Source: Entomortierella parvispora E1425 (Eukaryota > Fungi > Mortierellomycota). From it: a stretch of DNA of 64,000 nucleotides. Each line of letters starts with the position of its first letter. Position 1 is the stretch's first letter. The DNA is taken from positions 1,302,001-1,366,000 of the forward strand of contig BQFW01000015.1 in assembly GCA_020891255.1 (NCBI GenBank), read 5' to 3'. The notes under the pieces are model-generated. The model saw only the letters and a list, made by a program, of their open reading frames with translations. It was not told where the DNA came from and ran no database searches. Of this stretch, positions 32,237 through 45,600 are shown in pieces. The position numbers and the translations under genes were made by a program.

Positions 32237-35200
32237 TTAGAAGGACTTGCCGAGGACCAAGGCCAAGAGAGCCATGCGGACATACAATCCATAGCGCATC
32301 TGGCGGAAGTAGGCAGCACGCTGGTCAAAGTCGACCTCGGGCTCAATCTCAGAGACACGGGGCAAGGGGTGCATGACAACCATCTGGGTCTTGGCCTTGC
32401 TCATCATCTTGTTGTCGATGACATACGCGCTCTTGACGCGCTCGTACTCGTTCAAGTCCTCGAAACGCTCCTTCTGCACACGGGTCACATACACAACATC
32501 AGACTCAGCAATGACCTGGTTCAGGTCAGTGTACTCGTTGAAAGCAATGCCGGCCTTGTGGAGCTCAGACTTGACCTCCTCGGGCATCTGGAGAGAAGCA
32601 GGGGAGACAAAGTTCAAGGTGACGTGGTAGTAGGCCAACAACTTGACCAAAGAGTGGACAGTGCGGCCGTTCTTGAGGTCTCCGACAAGGGTAATGGTCA
32701 ATCCGTTGACAGTTCCGAGCTCCTCACGAATAGTGTACACATCCAAGAAGGCCTGGGTAGGGTGCTCACCAATGCCATCACCAGCGTTGATAATGGGGAC
32801 CTTGGAAAACTTGGCGGCAGTAGCGGCAGAGCCGGGAGCGGGGTGACGGAGCACGATCAAATCACCATAGCATCCGAGAGTGCGGACAGTGTCGGCCAAA
32901 GTCTCGCCCTTGACAACAGATGAGGAAGAGCCATCAGCGCTGACGACGGAGCCTCCCAAGCGGTGCATGGCAGCAGCGAAAGAGCAGGAGGTGCGGGTGG
33001 AGGGCTCGTAGAACATGGAGCACATCACCTTGCCGCGAAGCAAATCAATGGAGCCATTGCGCTCAACCTGGGTGCGCATCTCATGGGCCAAGCTGAACAA
33101 AGTGTGGAGCTCGTTGCGGTCAAACTGCTTCGAGGACAAGATGTGGCGGTGGGAGAAAGGCGAGTTGTTGAGGATACGCGAGATCACAGAGGGAACCTCC
33201 TTCACGGCAACAACACCGGCCTGGGCAGGGGTGGCGGCAGCGGCGGCGGCAGCAATGGCATCGTGGATGCTGCCACGGCGGGTATCACGAGCAGATAAGG
33301 GGGCATCCGAGGGTCCAAGGCGGGGGGAGAGGATGGAGGCCTGGGCAGCGTTGACAGCAGGCAAGACAACCTTCTCAATGGGCTTGGTGATGGCCTGAGC
33401 AAAGCTCGAGACATCCTGACCCTCCTTACCAGTGGTGTACCAGGCGCCGTCCAAGTAGGCGGTCTCTCCGTGAAGAATGACGCGGTGAACAGTGCCCGAC
33501 AAGGCCTTGCCAGCGAAAGGACCGGCAGTGTTGGAGAGAACACAGGCGCGATCAGTCTCAATCTCGACATAAGAGTCCTTCTGCTCGGGAAGAGAGAAGA
33601 TCTTGCGGGGGTTGGTGTAGAGCTTGGCGACAATGTCATCCATGGTCAAGCGACCCTTGTTGGCAGCATCGACCAAGAGAGGGAGAGCCTCCTCGATACC
33701 GGCATAGGCAACGGGGGTGCCCTTCTCAGCAGCAAGGCGGTAAGGCAAAGCACCGACAGTGAAGCAGTCAAAGACCTGGAGATCGGCCCAGAAGGCATCC
33801 TGCTCAGCCTTGGTAGGCAAAAGCTTGGAGTTGGTCTCCTCGCTGGTCAAGAACAAAGAGTAGACCTCAATGTCGCAAGTGACCTGGAGCTCCTTCTCCT
33901 TGGACATCATGATCAAGGCCATATCGTCACGGCTGTTGACACCGGTGATGTGGACAGAGCGGTTGTGGAGAGAGGCGAGGAGAAGAATCGAGGCGAGATC
34001 GTTACCCTTGGCATCGGTGATGATAGGGCTGTTCACGGGCCAGGAGCTGAAGTGCTTGGCAGCCTCGGCAACGTTGGCAACAGCACGACCAGCAATGGGA
34101 GTGAAAGGAATGAAGAGAGCGGCAGTCTCCTTCAAGCGATCGTTGACATTGTCGACGTTGGCGCTCATGGACAAGAAGTAGTCGCAGTGAGCGTGGTTGC
34201 GGGTGTTGGTGACAGCAATGGCCATCGAGGCCTTGTCCTCGACGCTCTTGGGGACACCAGTAGCCATGGCTCCGATCATGGTGAAACCAGAGGAAATGGC
34301 AGTCTTGGAGATCTCCTCAAAGTCCTTGCTGGCAGCGGAGGCGATGCCGGGGATCAAGGACTGGATGTTGATCAAACCAGGGAGGGTGACAGTGCGGTTG
34401 CTGTCCTTGTAGTCAACAGACTCAATGACAAAGTCCTTGTGGCGAGCAAGAGCCTCAACAAAGAGCTTGGCGCACTTGACGTTGGTGATCAAGGGGACAG
34501 AGAAGTCAACGGCCATACGACGGGTACGGTAACCCTTGGAGACGTAGCTGGCAGGGCGGCGGTAACGGTTCTTGGAAGGCAAGTTGATGTAAAGATCAAT
34601 CAAGTTGTTGGCCAAATGCTGGTTCAAAGAGTACTCGGACTTTTGGCTGTCGTTGTCATCCTCAAGAGCCTCGAGGTACTTGACGGGAACACCGTGCTCG
34701 CTCATGAAATCAGCGGTACCGGCAGTGGCAAACAAGTTGTAGCCGAGGGAACGGAGCTTCTTGACAGCGGGGAGCATCTCCTGCTTCTCCTTGAAGGAAC
34801 CAATGGAGAGCAAGACGTTCTTCTTGGGAAGAGTAAAGCCGGTAGAAACCAAGGCCTTGATGTAAGCCTCGTACTTGTCCTTGCCAAAGCAAGCAACCTC
34901 ACCAGTGGAAGCCATCTCGACACCGAGAATGGGGTCAGCACCAGAGAGACGCGAGAAAGAGAACTGAGGAACCTTGATACCGACATAGCCAGTCTTGGGG
35001 ACAGGCGACTCGGGGTAAGCCTCAACAGGGAAGCCCAACATGGCGTTGGTGGCCATCTCAATCAGATCGACCTCCATGACCTTGGAAACAAAAGGCATGG
35101 AACGGGAGGCACGCAAGTTGCACTCGATGACCTTGATCTCGTTGTCCTTGGCAATGAACTGAATGTTGTAGCATCCAGTGACGTCCAAAGCCTCACCAAT

Positions 35201-38200
35201 CTTGGCAGTGGCGCTGACAATCTTGCGGATGGTCTCGGGATCCAAATCCTGGGGAGGGAGAATAAGGGTGGCATCTCCAGAGTGAACACCGGCGTTCTCA
35301 ACGTGCTCGGAGACGACGTGCATGACCATCTTTCCGTTGACAGCGATAGCATCCATCTCAATCTCCTTGGCATCCTCAATGTACTTGGAGATGACGACGG
35401 GGTGATCGCGAGAGACAGCAGTGGCCTGTCCGAGGTAGTTGGCAAGATCATCGGGAGAGTAGACGACGTTCATGGCAGCTCCAGAAAGGACATAGGAGGG
35501 ACGGACCAAGACGGGGTAGCCGACCTTGTCACAGAACTCGCCAGCCTCATCGAAAGATGTCAACTCCTTCCACAAGGGCTGGTCAACCTCAATCTGATCC
35601 AACATACGAGAGAACTTGTAACGGTTCTCAGCAGTGTCAATCATCTCGGGGGAGGTTCCGAGAATCTTGACGTTCTGACGGTGCAAGGGAAGAGCAATGT
35701 TGTTGGGGGTTTGACCACCCATGGCAATGACAACACCGGAAGAGGTCTCGATCTCATAGATATCGAGAATGCGCTCCAAGTTGATGTTCTCAAAGTAAAG
35801 ACGATCAGCCTCATCGTAATCGGTAGAGACAGTCTCGGGGTTGTAGTTGACCATGACAGTCTTGACACCACGGCTGCGAAGGGTGCGAATGGCACGAACA
35901 GCGCACCAATCGAACTCGACCGAGGAACCAATGCGGTAAACACCGGAACCGAGAACCATGACACCCTTATCCTCAAAGGCGACATCGTGCTCAACAGCAT
36001 TGTAGGTCATGTAGAGGTAGTTGGTGAAAGCGGGGAACTCGGCGGCGACGGTATCAATCTGCTTGACGAAGGGAGTGATACCGGCATCGGTTCTCAAGCG
36101 GCGGACGGAAAGCTCGTTGCTGGAGATGGCGGTGGCAATCTGGCGATCAGAGAATCCGAGCTGCTTGGCAGAGCGGAGCATGTTGACTGGAACATCATTG
36201 GCAGTAAAGCCGCCCATGATCTTCTCGAGGTTAATGATGTTCATCAACTTGTTCAAGAACCACTTGTCGATATTGGTCAACTCCCAGATGCGGTCAACAG
36301 TGTATCCCTGCTTCATGGCGTTGGCAATGGCAAAGACGCGCTGGTCGTTGGGGTTCCTGAGCTCATCATCAATAACGGGGTACGACTCCTTGGGAGCGAA
36401 ACCGACCAAAGAGGGGTCAATGGCACGGATAGCCTTCTGGATGGTTTCCTCGAAAGTACGACCGATCGACATGACCTCTCCGACCGACTTCATAGACGAA
36501 GACAAAGCCTTGGAGACACGGTCAAACTTGGCCAAATCCCAACGAGGCATCTTGACGACAACGTAATCGAGGGAGGGCTCGAAGCAGGCGCAAGTCACCT
36601 TGGTGACCGAGTTGGAAATCTCGTTCAAGGGGATGTTGAGACCCAACTTGGCAGCAACGAAGGCCAAGGGGTAGCCAGTAGCCTTACTGGCCAAGGCGGA
36701 GGAACGCGAGAGACGAGCGTTGACCTCAATAATGCAGTACTCCTTGGAGAAGGGGTTGAGAGCATACTGAATGTTACACTCTCCAACAACTCCCAAGTGG
36801 CGAATGACGTTGACGGCAGTGGTACGCAACATGTTGTAGTCCTCATCGGACAAGGTTTGCGAAGGAGCGACGACAATAGAGTCTCCAGTGTGGATTCCAA
36901 GGGGATCGAAGTTCTATTGTTGGGCAAAGTTGATTTGAGTGAGTTTGATGAATACAGCAGTCACATTTGCCACCAATTCCTGTGTTATTTTTTGATTCTT
37001 TTTTCTTACCTCCATGTTACAAACAGTGATACAGTTGTCACGGCAATCACGAACGACCTCGTACTCAATCTCCTTCCAGCCCTTCATGGAACGCTCAATC
37101 AAGACCTGGGGAGAGGTGGCAAAGGCGCGAGAGACGAGCTCGGTCAACTCTTCGTCATTGTTGGCGAAACCAGATCCCAAACCACCGAGAGCGAAAGCAG
37201 CACGGCAAATGACGGGGTAACCAATCTCGTTGGCAGCATTGATGGCTTCCTGGAGGTTGACAGCAGTCTGAGCCTGGGCAATCTTCTCGCCAATGGAAAG
37301 CATACGCTGAGCAAAGATCTCGCGATCCTCAGTGGCAATGATGGTCTCGATGGGGGTACCGAGGACACGGACACCCAATCCAGCAAACTCGTCCTTCATC
37401 TTGATACCGACCGAGAGGGCAGTCTGACCACCAAAGGTGACATAGATACCGTCGGGCTTCTCGCGGAGGATGACCTTGCGGACAAACTCGGGGGTGACGG
37501 GCAAGAAGTAGACCTTGTCAGCAAGACCCTTGGAGGTCTGAATGGTGGCAATGTTGGGGTTGATGAGGACGGTGTAGATACCCTCCTCCTTCAAGGCCTT
37601 GATGGCCTGGGAACCAGAGTAATCGAACTCACCGGCCTGACCGATGGAAAGACCACCGGAACCGAGAACCAAGACCTTGCGGACGTGGACACGAGGGTTC
37701 AAAGCAGCAGCCTCCTCCTTGGTGCCACCGGGCATGGTGATGGCCTTCAAGGTGCCAGTCTTTCTGAAGTCAACAACAGAGTTGATGAAGACATCAAAGA
37801 GGTACTCGGTGTCGCGAGGTCCAGGGGTCGACTCGGGATGGAACTGAACAGAGAAGATGGGGAGGGTCTTGTGCATGATACCCTCGTTGGATCCATCGTT
37901 GGCGTTGACGAAAAGCTCCATGAAGTTTTCGGGGAGAGACTCGACATCGACGGCGTATCCGTGGTTCTGGGACGAGATGTAGCAGCGGCCAGAGATCATG
38001 TCCGTGCAGGGAATGTTGTGGCCACGGTTACCGAACTTCATCTTCTTGGTGGAGGCACCGGAAGCAAGAGCAAGGAGCTGGTGTCCCAAGCAAATACCAA
38101 AGATGGGGGTGCGGGCGATCTGGAGAGCCTTGGCCAAGTGAGCAATGGTGACAGTGTTCATGACTGGGTCACCGGGACCGTTGGAGATGAAGAGACCATC

Positions 38201-39342
38201 ATAGTCGGTATCAGCGTTGAAGTCATAGTCCCAGGGAACGACCTTGACCTCGACACCACGAGCGACAAAGCAGCGGATCTGGTTGAATTTCTGTTTTGGA
38301 AAAAGAGGAGTGACGTTAGAGTTTGTTTTGTTGATCTGTTGCCTGGAGACCTTTCTGAATCCAATTCTCACGTACCATTCCCACATCGACAGCGAGGATG
38401 CGAAGGGGCTTTCCATTGGGTCCGACCAAAGCAGTAGAGGCCTCAGGGGTGTAGAGCTTGGGCTCCTTCAAGGAAACTATTTAGGAGACGACTCAAAATT
38501 AGCCTTTTATACTTTTTTCACATACGCATGTTCCCACACGTTATCATATGCATTGATCTATATAGATCTGTATCTTACCTTCAGCAACCAAGTTGCGGGC
38601 GTTGGGATCAACCCAGTCAACGTTCTGGTACTCGTTCATCCACTCGGCATCAGCGGGGACAACAGTAGGACCAACGATCGAGGTAGGGAAGAGGATCTTT
38701 CCGAGCATGGCTCCCTTGGTACGGATCTTCTTGGTCATGGCCCTGGTGTCAATACCGTAGATGGCAGGGATGTTGAACTCCTTGAGCCAGGCGCCGAGAG
38801 AGGAGGTGGCAAGGTAATGGGAGAAATCCTGGGAGTACTGTCCGACGATCAAACCGGCAATGTGGATCTCGTTCGACTCAAAGTGCTTGGGCAAGTCCTT
38901 GAGGAGAGGATCCATGGTCTCACGCGAGGGAACACCATAGTTACCGACCAAAGGGAAGGTAAGGACCAAGATCTGACCTCTGTAGGAGGGATCGGTCAAG
39001 GACTCGGGGTATCCAACCATACCTAATGTTATCACGCATAAAAGAGTTGCTCAGTCGACTGGAAACAAATAACACAGCGACTCCATCAGTCCACAAGCAG
39101 GCTCTTTTTGTAGCGTTGAACAAGCACATACCTGTCTGGAAGACACACTCTCCGGCGATACTCTTGGTCTCGGCACCGAAGGAGATACCCTGGAAGGAGG
39201 ATCCATCCTTGAGGACAAGGGTAGCGACGGTCGAAGCCTCGGTCTGATCACAGGGAGGGGCAGTGACGGGAGGGTGAGGCAACGCGTTGGCAACAACGGT
39301 CTGGGCGACAGAAGTGGGGCGGGAGATCTGGGAGGAAGGCAT
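32237..39342 (-). CDS. URA2: Multifunctional pyrimidine synthesis protein (GATase-CPSase-pseudo-DHOase-ATCase); exons 39342-39132, 39022-38579, 38476-38376, 38290-37010, 36913-32237
   Basis: GICLGHQ and QFHPE (GATase); [17 protein letters not shown] and [22 protein letters not shown] (CPS); [12 protein letters not shown] and MHPLPR (ATCase). Confidence 0.98.
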
Positions 39343-39896
39343 TATGGGATTTTTATAAAAAAATGTGGGGAAGATGAAACGGTGAAGAGTAGAGTACAGT
39401 TACAAAAGTCAGGTAGAAAGAATTACAAAGGAACAGAAAAAAAGCAATGAAAATGAAGAAACAGAAAGTGAAGGGTGTGAAGGGTGTGAAGGGTGTGAAG
39501 GTGAAGGAATGCTGTTGTTAATGCAAAGACCACTGCTCGCGGTTGTCAGGTGCGGGGAGTTGGTGTGTGAAGGGTTGCAGAACATAACAGAAGAAGAAGA
39601 AGAAGAGAAAAGAAGAAGAAAGAGAAGAAAAAGAAGCAAAGGCAGCGCACACAGGGCCGCTTCTTATGGGGAACGCAGTCTGGGGAGAAAAAAAAAAAAA
39701 AAGTCCGACTCCAAAACAGTCCAAGCCACCGAGATCTAGAGATTTCAAAATCTTCAATTCGCGGCCCCGCGACGCGTGGTGGGATCCATAATTGAGTGTG
39801 ATGCGTGCGGAGGCCCTGTTAAGGGGTTTATTTTGAGTCCCAGCTCTTCAGGCACCAGCCATTGGAGCTACCTGCTCCGGTATTTTGGTGCGCCGA

Positions 39897-41556
39897 TCAA
39901 AGACTCGAGACCAAGAACCTTCTTTCGAGCCATCCAATGTCTCCGACTACCTCCAGACCGCTTCCCTGGCCCTCGTCCTCCACAATAATCTCGCCTGATC
40001 CCATACGCCAGAGCTTCATTTTTGTGTTTGCGATGATCGTCTCCTCGACCGCAGTGGCCATTCGTCTCTGGGAACGACTGGGTGCTCGAAGAGGAACGCC
40101 CGTACCAATCTCGCGAGTCATCTGGACCTGAAGTGCAACCGTCTCTTGGCCATTCTGAGGATCTTTTGTCACCGCTGTGAATGACACCGTCTGTAGTCGT
40201 CTCTCAATGTCCATAGTGACTTTCAAGTTTTCTAGTCTGGCTGCAAATATGTAGCTAGAAAAGTTGTACATGGTCTTGGTGGAAGCGTGATAATACACCA
40301 GCAGTAGCCCCGGTACATTGGTCAGAGAAGACAAGATTGGGAGGTGGGTCGACACCCATTCGCTAACGTCGGGTCCAAGGACTGGGATCGATGCCACCGA
40401 CAACTGACAAACAGTCCAGTTGGTAAATAGAAAAAAGATATGTCAGCAAGAACTTGTCATCAAGAACTCGTCATATAAAAGCGGACTGGTGCATCCATGA
40501 AAGGTCAATTACCAGTAGGGACGATCCGGGTGCCTTCTCAAAGATATTTGTCTGTCCCCAGATCCAAGTCGAAGGAAAATTAATACCCCAATCCTTTTCG
40601 GTATAGCCGACGCCACCATCAAACACAGACTCAGTAATGGCCCCCGAGGCAGTTACAACAGAAATGAGACCATCTTCGATCGGGTGATGGAGTGAAGCAA
40701 CACCATGATTGCATTCCAAGAATGGCAAATACGCTGTGAAACCCATGATGGAAGGGTAAAGTCGAGAGGTTGGAAGAGGCGTCTGTAGTCCTGCAGAGAA
40801 TCGGAACTGACCCTTCACTGCAAAAGGCTCGAGACTCGCTAGCGCTTTTAAATCCTTTTGGCTTGGAAACATGGCACGAAAGTCACTCACAGGATGGTCA
40901 TCCTCGACTGTTGCTCGGTATTGACGCTCGTATTGCTGACTGGCTTCCGTGTAAAAGGCCTCGAGCTCTTCCTCTGGGACCTGTTCAAAGCGATCCTTGG
41001 GCAGATTCAAAACTATCCCATCGTGGGCAAAAACACTTTGTCCAATCCTGACCCTGAAGGCTCTCTCTTGTCCTGGCTCCTGACTCCCCAAGTCCACAAA
41101 CTCTTTGATAGGGAACCGATAGTAGGCTGACTTTTGAGTACCTGGAAGTCCCAAGATCATGACGAACGCGTGAGCCCTTGAGTCCTCGCCTTTGTCAACC
41201 CCACCATTTTGTGATGGTTCGCTCAAGGGGGAGCGCGGAGAAGGAGGTCTATAGATTCCCGGGATAAGGGCCATTCCAATTGTGGGGTCGTCCTTGGTCA
41301 GACCCGGTTTGACAATTTTGAAGTACCATCCCTCAAAGAAATTTGAGCGAATATGCTGACCATGATACTGGAGAGGCCTGTGGAGGTTCTTGACGTTGGA
41401 CCAGAAGTAGGAGGCCTTTGAAGTGGGTGAGAGCGTAAACTGGATGAGCATTGCTGAGAGCACCGCCAGGACGGCAGTTTGGATCAGTCGACGACGAGGA
41501 CGTGCTCTCGCATAGCCGGTTGCTAGGTCTGGTGATGGGAAGGAGGGATCTTTCAT
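39897..41556 (-). CDS. Tocopherol cyclase-like protein with N-terminal membrane anchor; exons 41556-40513, 40403-39897
   Basis: FFEGWYFK, IMGFTAYLPFLECNHGVASLHH, GVGYTEKDWGINFPSTWIWGQTN and VASIP motifs recalled from the tocopherol-cyclase family; GT-AG intron in frame. Confidence 0.75.
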
Positions 41557-42665
41557 GAGCGTTGGAGAGCAAGATGGAATGAGTCAAGAAAAGAGATGAG
41601 CCGAAAGCGGTGACGGCATCTGTGCCCAGCCCAACAACAGGCGCACGTTGCACTCGGCCTTTTAGGCCGGGACACAACCGTCCGTTTCTATGTCGGGAAG
41701 GGAAGGTTGCATCAACGCGCTGCAACTGTGGCACAGAGAGCCGTGCCAGCTGCAGCTGCAGTTCGCGTCTTTGAACGCGTGTTCTCCTCTCCAGACGCAG
41801 GGCCAGGCACTGAAAATAGCATGCGTGGCCAACACGATGCAAGATGGAGCTCAAGGCGGGGGGTAGAGTCGCGGGACGAGGGAGAAAAGAGATGAGAGGG
41901 AAAAAGAAAAGAGAGCCAGGCACAACTGCCTGTTGTCTCCGTGGAGTCGATCGTTCGTTCATTCGACGTGCGGACGCACGGACGGACAGCCGATTGATCT
42001 CCAGCGAGGTGGAACAGAGTGGACCCTGGCAAGGCAGGGTTTCTCCGATGGTTTCTGTTCTCTGCAGCGGCACAGAAGCAGACAGGCCGTGGCCGTGGCC
42101 GTCAGGACAGAGACCGGCAGACAGACGAGCACAGAAAGCCAAGGAGGAAGAAAAGAGCCGTATGAACAAGGGCTATCATGAGAACGACGAGCCAGGAGGC
42201 ATTCTTCTTGAACGACTTGCTGACTGGCTGGCTGGTTGGCTCTTTACTTTTCTTTTCTTTGTTCCTGTCCTGTCTGCCCTCCTTCTGCTTCCTTGCGCGG
42301 CTCTCAGCGCGTCGGTCCGCGCTCGCTCACTGTGGTTCGCCGCACAGTAGCCTTTTCTGGCCTCCCAAGCACGACCAAGGGTCTCCTTTTCGCCTTTCCC
42401 CGTCCCTTTCTTTTTCTTTTTCTTTTTCTTTTTTTTTCCCTTCCTTCTCTTCTTCTTCTCTTCTCTTCGTCTCTACAGTACCTCTCTGCTGCATTGTATA
42501 TTTTCCACATCGCATGCTCATTGTGGCCCCATTGTCCTCCTTCCGCTCCTTCTTCTTCTCCTCTCTCTAATCCAATCACCCTTCTCCCTTCTCCCTTCTC
42601 CCTCTCAGTCAGTGGTCTTATCCTCCGCTACTAGCAGCGCAGAAAAGGCACCACTGCACTGGACA

Positions 42666-45600
42666 ATGTCCTCAATTGGCTCCTTGCCCCAGCATCACTC
42701 CTCCTCCTCCATCTCCTACGACAACAACGACAACAACAACAACAACAACAACAATACCAACAGCAGAAATAACAATCACTCTGTAATGTCCTCCTCCGCT
42801 GCCTCGTCCGCTGCCTCTACTGCTGCTACAGCCATGCAGCCACAGAACCTGGATCATCTCGATCGGTCCTCCACCCCCTCTCCGCCACCGCCTTCATTGC
42901 CATCGCTCCGTCTGTCATTTTCACCCCTGTTTGAAATGGCGTCGTCTAACTCGGGCACGAGTCAGATCAACACTGCTACTGCACATGTCCCCACTTACAA
43001 GCATTCCAGTCTCATTCACCATAGCCCAGGCCATGTCAACAGATATGGTGAAGGTGGCAGCAGTAGCAGAGACACCAGCAATAGCATGAACAAGAGCTAC
43101 AACAGCTACAACAGTCGCCACAGCAACCATGGCTACAGCAACGGCAACGTTGGCTACAAACACGCGTCGCTCCTGTCTGGCACCCTGGCCAAGAGCGCCA
43201 GCCACAGCCAGCTACACCACAGCACCAGTCTCCAGAGCTTCAACTCTGCCCACGACTTTCGCCACCAGGGCCAGACCAGTCTTGGTTCCAACAAGAGCCA
43301 TCCATCCGGCCACACCAGCCTGGTCCCTCCTCCACGCCCGTCGCAAAGACCCCGGCCCCCACTGTCTGCAGGTAGGCATGCATGGTCTCTTATCCACCTG
43401 GGCTATTTTTTGAATGCACGCCATGTGTCCATGTGCTGATCCTGCGCATAGCAATGGCACATGCTCAGTGCCATGTGTTCTCTCAACTGACTTGCGGCTC
43501 TGTCTCCTATTTCTCTCTTCTCTACTCTCTCTCTACTCTCTCTCTACTCTCTCTTTACTCTCTGTCTCTCTGTCTCTCTCTTCTCTTGGCCGTTCCTTCC
43601 CTTCCCTTCCCTTCCCTCCTTCCTGTCTGTCCGTCTGTCCCTCCACTGACTGACCCTCTTTTTTTTTTTTACCCTTTTTTTTCTTTTTTCCTTTTACTTC
43701 TTTCTTTTCCTTCCCTCTTCTTGCTCTTTATCCACTCGTCCTCGTCCTTTCGTCTCCTCTTTTCTTCCTCCCCCTTCCCTCTCGGACAAATGATCGCCGC
43801 GGCTGCAGCGCCTGAAGGTCTTGTCCCCCAGCGCCAGGCTCCCCCTCCACCAAGACCCTCGGCTTCTTTGGGTAAGAAAGATGGACCCAGGCACATCGAC
43901 CACCACAGCGCACACCCTGTTGGACTGAGAGCTTTGCCCTGTTCTGTTCTGTTCTGTTCTGTTCGGTTGGACTCACGATTCACCCACGTTCTTTTCATTC
44001 TCTCTCCTACTCCTAGACCGGGACGCAGTTCCTCTGCCTCCTCGAGCACCCCCTCCAAAGAAGGGGCCGCCTCCTCCCCCACAGCGACCGACCAGGCAAA
44101 ACGGTGCTCCATATGCTCAGGCCCATCACAGCAGCAACAACAACACCTCCAACAGCAACAGCAACAGCCATAACAACAGCATCAGCAGCAACAACAATAG
44201 CACTGGTGTTAACAACAGCAACAGCGCCAACAATGGCCACAGCAGCGGCACTTACGCCTCCGTGACCTCTTCGTCATCCACGCCGAGTCCACATCTGCGG
44301 CTGAATACACCCCGCGACTCGATCCGGTCCAACCACTCGGACAATAATCTTCATTTGGCTTCGCAGTCATCGTCGCCAAAGTCGACCTACAGTCGATCTC
44401 ACCAACAGTACGACTCTGCAGAGTACTCTTCCTCCTCCTCCAACCGCTCAACATTCAAGGGTGTCTTTAGCAACATTGTCAACTCTATGTCAGGTAGCGA
44501 ATCTTTGAACACGCCCGCTGACAAGTCTCTTGTGCTCCAAGGAACCCTGATCCTGACTTGTACTTTCTTTTGTGCTCTCGCCTTTACATCTCGTAGACTT
44601 GTTGTCCTCGGACAAAAAGATCGAAATCTCGTCCCCTTACAACCCCGTCCATCTTACACACGTTGGCCTCAATCTCGATACGGGCGAGTTTACTGTACGA
44701 AGTCGGCGCCCTTCACAACCTTTTCAGTGTCAGGATCATGCTTTATTGAAACAAAATCACCTCAGACTCTGGACTGACAACCCCGTCTCTTCTCTCTCCT
44801 GTCATCCCCTTGATTTAAATCTTCTAGGGTCTGCCGAAAGAGTGGCAGCAGCTGTTGCAGGAGTCGGGAATTTCGAGGCAGGACCAAGCAGCACATCCCC
44901 AAGCGGTCATTGACATTATGGAGTACTACACGGACAGTCAGAAGGCCCAGCGTGAGGATCCTTCGGTTTATATGAAATTCGAAGGCGCGTCTCCAGTGAT
45001 CCCTCCCAAGCCTGTTGCGCCACCAAAACCAAGCCCGCGTCCACCCGTCTCGACCGAGGAGCGGCCGATTCGAGAGCGGCCTCCACCCACGCCTGCACCA
45101 CGCCCTGTATTTGAGAACCCTGTATGGATATTTTTGTTCTTGTTTCAGTCGTTGATGCACATCCAGGATATACCTGTTGCCGCTATATACGACCGCTTTT
45201 CTGATTTTTTTATTATTATATTTTTATTTTTTTCATTTTTTTCGCTTGACAGCGCGCCCCGCCTGCTCTTCCGCCAGTCAAGAAACCTCCTGCGCCACCT
45301 CGCCCTGTCGAAGCGGTAAGATGCAAATAGCTGAATCCTGATTTTGTGTTGTGGCCCATGAACTATCGCTACAACAATGAAGAGCTATTGTCGAGTCCGC
45401 ATTTTTCTAATCAACCTCAACTCATAATAGGCACCGATTGACAAGCCGGAAGCTCCGGAAAAAATCGAGGCCGAGCCCAGCCCAGTCACTACGCCAATCG
45501 TCACTCCTCCACTTACACCTCTTACACCGACTACGCCAAAAATCCCCCCACCAAAGCCTTCAAAGGTTGCTAACCATCAAGGCACCACTGTGCTTTCACC

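Noticed and set aside
33470-38437. 1655-aa antisense ORF over URA2
   Set aside because: Same codon-bias shadow effect. It runs through a short intron and ends in the region of URA2's short 5' exons, and the Val/Gly/Leu/Asp-rich product has no domain motif. Ribo-seq would be needed to revive it.
39897-39908. C-terminal SSL of the cyclase-like protein as a PTS1
   Set aside because: Weak non-canonical tripeptide that conflicts with the N-terminal membrane anchor
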